A DNA stretch of 64,000 nucleotides, taken from the NCBI RefSeq assembly GCF_018977255.1, contig NW_024704742.1, positions 84,632,001-84,696,000 on the forward strand. Direction: 5' to 3'. The notes under the pieces were generated by a model. That model saw only the letters and a list, made by a program, of their open reading frames with translations. It did not search any database and was not told the origin of the DNA. Source of the stretch: Callorhinchus milii. Taxonomy: Eukaryota. The translations under genes were made by a program, and so were the position numbers. Shown here piece after piece: positions 59,201 through 64,000 of the stretch; positions within the stretch are counted from its first letter, which is position 1, and each line of letters opens with the position of its first letter.

Positions 59201-62200
59201 CGAGCAGAAATTTTGTTGAGCGGTATGATGGTGTATCTCCGCTTGAGGTCTCCTTTCTCTAGGAGCTTTTTGCCGGTTTCCTAAACAAGAGAGGAAAATA
59301 TTGAGCAAAGTCCTCATTCTCCTAACTTTGGGGGTGAAAACAATTTTGTACCTTCAATTCAAAACTTCAGTCACCAAGATAACAAATATTGCAACACAAT
59401 TTAAGAATTGTGGCTCTTGACTTAAATAAACTCCAGAAACTATGCTCAGAGCATTACTTATAATATCTGGGCTCAGTCACTTTTCTCAATGTATGGCTAC
59501 TGTTATGAATTGTCACCTACCTCTGTGTCCACCACCACGTTATACAGACGGCCTCCAGCAACCACTTCTAGGGCTGTTGCCGCCGAGATGTCTTTCACAG
59601 AGATAAGTGTGGCAACAAGACCTTTGACTCTATCTGAGTTCCAGTTCTTTTCAGGATCCCTAAATAGAAGATAAGTGTTCAAAAAAGCTGCTTTCAATAT
59701 TATCTTACTAAAAGTAAAACACCATTTGCAACAGTGAAGGTACTAAACATTTCTCGAGTCCACAAGAGCAATAATCCAAAGTATGATAAAAAGACTTGCA
59801 CAGGGATCATTACCCAAGACATACAGAAATTCGTTCAATGTGCTGGTATTCTTTTTTAATGGTATTCTTTTCAAAGCATACTCCCACCCACCAGACACAA
59901 TAATAGTTCATTCAAAATTTATTTTTAATATACAGTGCACAAGACACAAATGTTTGAGTTTAGCTTAGAAACAGGCTTTGATAAGTCCCTGCTGTACTGC
60001 ATTAATGTGTCAAACCAGCCAAAACGTTCTTCAAAATGTCAGAACACAGTGTGGCAATGCATGCATCCACTTGCTTTATAACTTGCCAAAATATTTAAAC
60101 ATTTAACCTTTATAAAGGTACATAGTATTAAGTATTAAGAGTCCAGCTTTTCGCTGCGTGCTTATACAATATCAAGACTAGAGAATAGCAATCTTACTTG
60201 TAATCAAATCTTAAATTAGGGAATTTTGCCACCAAGGTTTCATAGGATTCTTTGAGCTTATTTACAGCTCGTGACAGGTCTCGGCGCAGGTCTAAAAGCT
60301 TCTCTTCTCTCCCATCTAAAAAAGAAAACATGTGAGAGAAAAAAATTCCAGTACCAAATAATAGTAATATTCTAATTCTTTAACTTCCACAACAAAATAT
60401 AATAGCCCCAAATCTACAGCAATTTGATCAGTACCAACTGAGCCAGGAGACACATACCCTGACTGAGCTTGAGATGTTTGTTTATAGTCACAGCAGAATT
60501 AGCACAGTCCATATTTCAGAAACTCGACAAACCTTCATAATTCAGTTTCTTCATTTCAGCTTCGAGTTTTTCTTTGTTTTTTTTAACAGCTTCAAAAGCA
60601 TCTTGATCTTTCTTGTAACCACTGTCCATCTTCTTCACCTCTGCTTGTTTGGTCTTCAGTTCCTTTTGAGCATGTTGCAACTTCATGTGAGCCTGAAGAA
60701 TAGTGATCCAGTTTAGAATTTAGAAAGGGATTTTAATATTTGAATATTTACACACTTACGGTAAAACTAACAGGACAACAACAACTAGTATTTATATGAT
60801 TGCATTACAATATACATGTATATTATATATACACACAGATACAATAACATCCGGATAAATTGTCACTCTAAGGGAGTGGGAATTTAAGCAAAAGTCCCCG
60901 GAGTCACTGGAGGCGCTGTGGCCAGTAGGGCCTACACTGACACACACTACACCCAAGCAAGGTGAGCAGCTGTCAGTGTGACAAAGTGCCCCCCTCCCCG
61001 CAACTGACAGTTTATTTGTTAAAACTCATTTAAGTTATGTATATGTTTAGATATAGGCACATAGGTCTATAATTGCACTTCTTTTCTGTTTTCTATGACT
61101 TATTTCTGTGACTCTATTGGAAATTGTGCACGTCTCGGGAGATGTACTGTAGTGTATTAAAGAAGATACTGTACTTCCAGGTGATATGTGAAAATTAAAC
61201 ATTATTTGTAATAAACTGTTTGCACAACACAAAATACACTGAACTGTCTTCTTGATCATTTTCAAAATGATAAAATATGGCACAGTCAGATATCACTCCT
61301 GTCCTATAAATGCACTTTCCCTTCCCAACTTGCAAGGTACTCTATTTCACATAAGAGCACAGGTTCACTGGGTGAGTTTAACCATCTTGCCACTCTGTCA
61401 ATCTAGCAATACAATTACAGTAATACTACTGCTGTTCAGTGACATATTCCCACAGTGAAGGCCACTCATCGGGAGTTTACTTTGGGTCCTGGCTGGCCAG
61501 GCGGCTTGCTGACATTTTCTCATGGTACAGGCAAGTTCACTTCAGGTCCCTTTAATTTATCCAATCTATTTCAATTATGGGAGTTTCTGGAATGCAATTG
61601 CTTATTTTTTAAGTGGAATGATGAATAAACCGGATTGCCTTATTCACATTTTGCATGGGAAGTGGCCAGGATATTGACAATAAGATGACTTAAGCCCTGT
61701 GGCTTTTTAAGGCAGTGTCTCATTATCAGGAGTTTATGGTATTATATATATATGTACACATTTTGCTCTTCACCATGATAGCATCTTGAGGGCTGCACAA
61801 TGGTAGATTTGAACACTGAGCAAGGGAGAAGGGGGAGGTGATGACAGGCACAGTCAGAGGCAAGTCTTAATATAGCATTTAAAGATTAAAAATGGGGCGA
61901 GTTACAGGGATTTTCAGAGGTGAGGGTCAAAGACAATAACTTCATATTGAAAATGTGCACAAAAGACACCAGGATCACATTGAAAATATATTTTTAAACA
62001 ATTTTAGTCACAAGCTCAAGAGTTAGAGACACATTGCAATGGCCACTATCAGACTAATAGACAGTACCTCAGTGCTTGCCACAGTGAACAAGATTAATTT
62101 GACAAGCTTGTATGCACATATCAGCGTTTTGAATCATCCTCTCGATGTGAAAGGCGCTATACAAATGTAATTTTGTATTGTATTTACTGGATCTCGATAC

Positions 62201-63673
62201 AGATTTACAAATAAGAAACTTTTCATATTGATAGTTCAAACACTTTTCCAGTTTCAAAGTGTCTGAATAATCAAGCTGTTACTTGAACATAAAACATATG
62301 TATTTTTTAAACTGCAGATGAAAATCACCCTCAGAATATGGCAGTTTACCTGCTTGGCCTCGGTTTCCGCTTTGCTTAAATCATTCTTGCAGGTCATCAT
62401 CTGGCCAGCGATAGTCTCTGCCTCGCCATCCTCATTACTGGAAAGACCAGCAGAAACAGCATTGAAGTGCTTCTGAGCAGCTGCCAGTGCCTCCCCATCT
62501 TGGCAACTTGTTTCCTGCAGAGACTTTAATTCATCCGAAATCTTCTTCACTTCCTTCTCATTTGTTGAAAGAGCCGTAGCATCCTGCCAAGAAACCCAGT
62601 CTGCAGTTACTTTATCTAGTTTTGTTTTTGCATAAAGAACAAGGCTTTGAAAGATTTATGTTGCATTGCTAAGTCTTAGGTATTTGAAACCAGACAGTCA
62701 GATGAAACCTTAGTGGCATCCTGGAATTCAATGAACTGCATCACAATTCCCTTCCTTCCCTCCTTCAAGGCGGGTCTCAAAACCCTCCTCTTTGACCGAG
62801 TCTTCGGACACCCTCCTACCCTTCCTGATCCCAACCCCCAGCTCGGAGGTCCCTGACTGTCCAGTGCCTTAAGCATTGTATAGTATAGTGCCTTTCACGT
62901 TCCCCACATGAAAGGCACTATACTAATGTAATTTTGTATTTTAACCCAACGGGTGAAATCTCACTCAATTCAAACTCCTCAGCTCTCGATGGCCAAGTAA
63001 CCATTCTAGCAAAGCAAATGGAATTCAATTTAATGCGAGTTCACTTTTAGAGTGATTGTGGTGCGGACCCTGGGATTTATTTACCAAAAAACAAGTCAAA
63101 ACATACTCATAAGGTCTGTCCGCTCACACAACAGCAGCTTTTTGAGCTAAATAATGGCCGACTGCAGACATCACTTCCTGCTCATTGCGCAAGCGCAGTG
63201 CAGCACAGAAAGTGATGTCCGCTGCAAGCCACTGACCCCAGCCAGCAGTCGGCTGCCTCTCCGAGCCCACGTACAGTGAATGTAGAAAAGCTTAACGATG
63301 ATTGCGTCTCATTACTACTTTGGTTGGGATTTTATGCACCAAAACTACCGTTATTTCAGGTCTTTACTGTAAATGGTGCTTCAAAAACTGAAAGAATATG
63401 CATTGAAGCACGAGGTTTAAAAGAAAAGCAGCTGGAGGGGCAAGAACATAAGAATTCTAAGTAAAATATGAATGTTTTTAAAGCCTTCCTCCAGTGTAAG
63501 TTGCACTGATAAGCATCTCTCACCTCCTCCATAGTTTTGACAATCACATTACGTTTCTTCTCTTCTGCTTTAAGGCTGTCCTTCTTGTGATCGAGTGAGC
63601 TCTGCACTTTAACATCCTTACGGTGGGCTTCGTTCACTGCCTCTTCTAGTGACTGAAGTACTCCACCAACCTC
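47049..63673 (-). CDS. SMC2: Structural maintenance of chromosomes protein 2 (condensin subunit), 3' part (17 exons, 909 aa in window; N-terminal Walker A region lies beyond the window end)
   Basis: Coiled coil; hinge ([44 protein letters not shown]); signature ELSGGQRSL; Walker B/D-loop [35 protein letters not shown] typical of SMC2. All GT-AG introns with consistent phases. Confidence 0.97.
47866..48013 (-). CDS. SMC2: SMC2 exon (Walker B/D-loop)
   Basis: [49 protein letters not shown]. Confidence 0.95.
48449..48609 (-). CDS. SMC2: SMC2 exon (ABC signature)
   Basis: [53 protein letters not shown]. Confidence 0.95.
48667..48936 (+). mobile_element. CR1 LINE 3' end (degenerate)
   Basis: Homologous to 3420-3718; gattctatgattc tail. 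Confidence 0.75.
49104..49552 (+). mobile_element. L2 LINE 3' fragment plus extra tail
   Basis: [23 protein letters not shown] peptide; (TTG)n tails. Confidence 0.85.
49617..49733 (-). CDS. SMC2: SMC2 exon
   Basis: [39 protein letters not shown]. Confidence 0.93.
50942..51142 (-). CDS. SMC2: SMC2 exon
   Basis: [28 protein letters not shown]...[16 protein letters not shown]. Confidence 0.94.
51841..52038 (+). mobile_element. tRNA-SINE 3' part
   Basis: ctgtttgtgggacattgctgtgcgcaattggctgccgc block and gacgtcctcccgacgtgaaaag tail. Confidence 0.85.
52415..52609 (-). CDS. SMC2: SMC2 exon
   Basis: [20 protein letters not shown]...[15 protein letters not shown] boundaries. Confidence 0.9.
52692..52835 (-). 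CDS. SMC2: SMC2 exon
   Basis: [48 protein letters not shown]. Confidence 0.9.
52901..53169 (-). mobile_element. tRNA-derived SINE (long subfamily, internally deleted)
   Basis: Head, CORE-like block and tail present; Deu-like block missing. Confidence 0.8.
54001..54364 (+). mobile_element. tRNA-derived SINE (long subfamily), full length
   Basis: gtggagtcctgaagctcagtggttaaagc head; gcctctgtttacctagc block; ctgctgcgtgcaattggctaccgc block; L2-like tail. Confidence 0.9.
54365..54498 (-). mobile_element. Penelope-like terminal repeat fragment with hammerhead-like motif
   Basis: Reverse complement reads ttctgacgaagggtcgtggacctaaaacattgactc...gatgctgcctgatctgctg...ttccagcatctgcagtattttg; homologous to 11593-11720. 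Confidence 0.6.
54566..54895. mobile_element. Non-autonomous Tc1/mariner-like element (MITE)
   Basis: TIRs cagggtgtccacaaagtcctg / caggacttttggaaacaccctg; TA immediately left. Confidence 0.7.
54986..55179 (-). CDS. SMC2: SMC2 exon
   Basis: [39 protein letters not shown]...KEKQQ. Confidence 0.93.
55541..55985 (+). mobile_element. L2 LINE 3' fragment, young
   Basis: [25 protein letters not shown]...[17 protein letters not shown]; near-identical to 171-753. Confidence 0.9.
55986..56252 (-). mobile_element. CR1 LINE fragment
   Basis: [27 protein letters not shown] peptide. Confidence 0.75.
56694..56818 (-). CDS. SMC2: SMC2 exon
   Basis: [41 protein letters not shown]. Confidence 0.92.
57739..57874 (-). 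CDS. SMC2: SMC2 exon
   Basis: [44 protein letters not shown]. Confidence 0.92.
58103..58282. mobile_element. MITE-like element with ~29-bp imperfect terminal inverted repeats
   Basis: attgggtcaattttgtggtgtttcttaat ... attaagaaacaccgcaatatgaaccccat. Confidence 0.6.
58731..58935 (-). CDS. SMC2: SMC2 exon (hinge)
   Basis: [28 protein letters not shown]...[17 protein letters not shown]. Confidence 0.95.
59161..59280 (-). CDS. SMC2: SMC2 exon (hinge)
   Basis: [40 protein letters not shown]. Confidence 0.94.
59521..59659 (-). CDS. SMC2: SMC2 exon (hinge)
   Basis: [46 protein letters not shown]. Confidence 0.95.
60198..60315 (-). CDS. SMC2: SMC2 exon
   Basis: [38 protein letters not shown]. Confidence 0.92.
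60533..60692 (-). CDS. SMC2: SMC2 exon
   Basis: [53 protein letters not shown]. Confidence 0.93.
62350..62583 (-). CDS. SMC2: SMC2 exon
   Basis: [19 protein letters not shown]...[45 protein letters not shown]. Confidence 0.94.
62750..62940 (+). mobile_element. L2 LINE 3' end (diverged)
   Basis: tccttcaaggcgggtctcaaaaccctcctctttgacc and tail remnant. Confidence 0.75.
63156..63255. repeat. Palindromic element centred on TGCGCAAGCGCA
   Basis: gacatcactt...cattgcgc/gcgcagtg...aagtgatgtc and outer ggccgactgc/gcagtcggct arms. Confidence 0.7.
63524..63673 (-). CDS. SMC2: SMC2 exon
   Basis: [50 protein letters not shown]. Confidence 0.91.
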
Positions 63674-63900
63674 CTGCGACGCAACAAACAGCAAATGAAA
63701 CGGCTACCCAAACTAATTGGAGACTCAGTACAAAGCTATTTAGCTGCAGCAAATTGATTCTGGCCATTTTGTTTACAGCTCTAAGGCTGGGGAAGAACAA
63801 ACAACGTTATGTTCAACTCCCAGGTTTTGCATCAATTCAAGACAACCCTTTCATTTCCAATATTTTCAATAGGAATTAGCCAATTAGGCAAATGTACATT

Positions 63901-64000
63901 TACAACAACAACAAATTGCATTTACATAATGTCTTTCATCCAAGGCACTGGACAATGAGGGGTTTACCCCCGAGCTGCAGGTTGGAAACAGACAGGAGTG
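63901..64000 (-). mobile_element. L2-type 3' tail fragment
   Basis: (AAC)n plus attgcatttacat...ccaaggcactggaca, like other L2 tails. Confidence 0.55.

Overview
Eukaryotic, intron-rich vertebrate genomic DNA, most likely from a cartilaginous fish and possibly a chimaera. That assignment is inferred from the repeat landscape (L2 and CR1 LINEs, Deu-domain tRNA-SINEs, Penelope-like fragments) and the fairly compact introns. Three protein-coding genes can be reconstructed by hand with canonical GT-AG introns and consistent phases. (1) The 3' part of ECPAS/ECM29 (proteasome adaptor; + strand, 25 exons, 799-22006). (2) A complete SCG5/7B2 neuroendocrine gene (+ strand, 5 coding exons, 32338-43372, 208 aa), with a putative non-coding exon 1 and a motif-dense promoter near 31740-31900. 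(3) The 3' part of SMC2 (condensin ATPase; - strand, 17 exons, 63673 down to 47049). Nearly all other ORFs in the track are LINE/SINE fragments or chance frames. There is no CRISPR array, rRNA or genuine tRNA. The most noteworthy observations are: SCG5 lying between ECPAS and SMC2 rather than in the ARHGAP11A-SCG5-GREM1 block known from human (second paralogue or translocation); a composite tRNA+CORE-like+Deu-like+L2-tail SINE; two hammerhead-ribozyme-like relics in Penelope-type repeats; a ~190-nt intronic foldback; and a near-identical inverted L2 pair bracketing nine ECPAS exons. I found no clear evidence of a wholly new biological system. Gene and repeat identifications rest on recalled sequences, not database searches.
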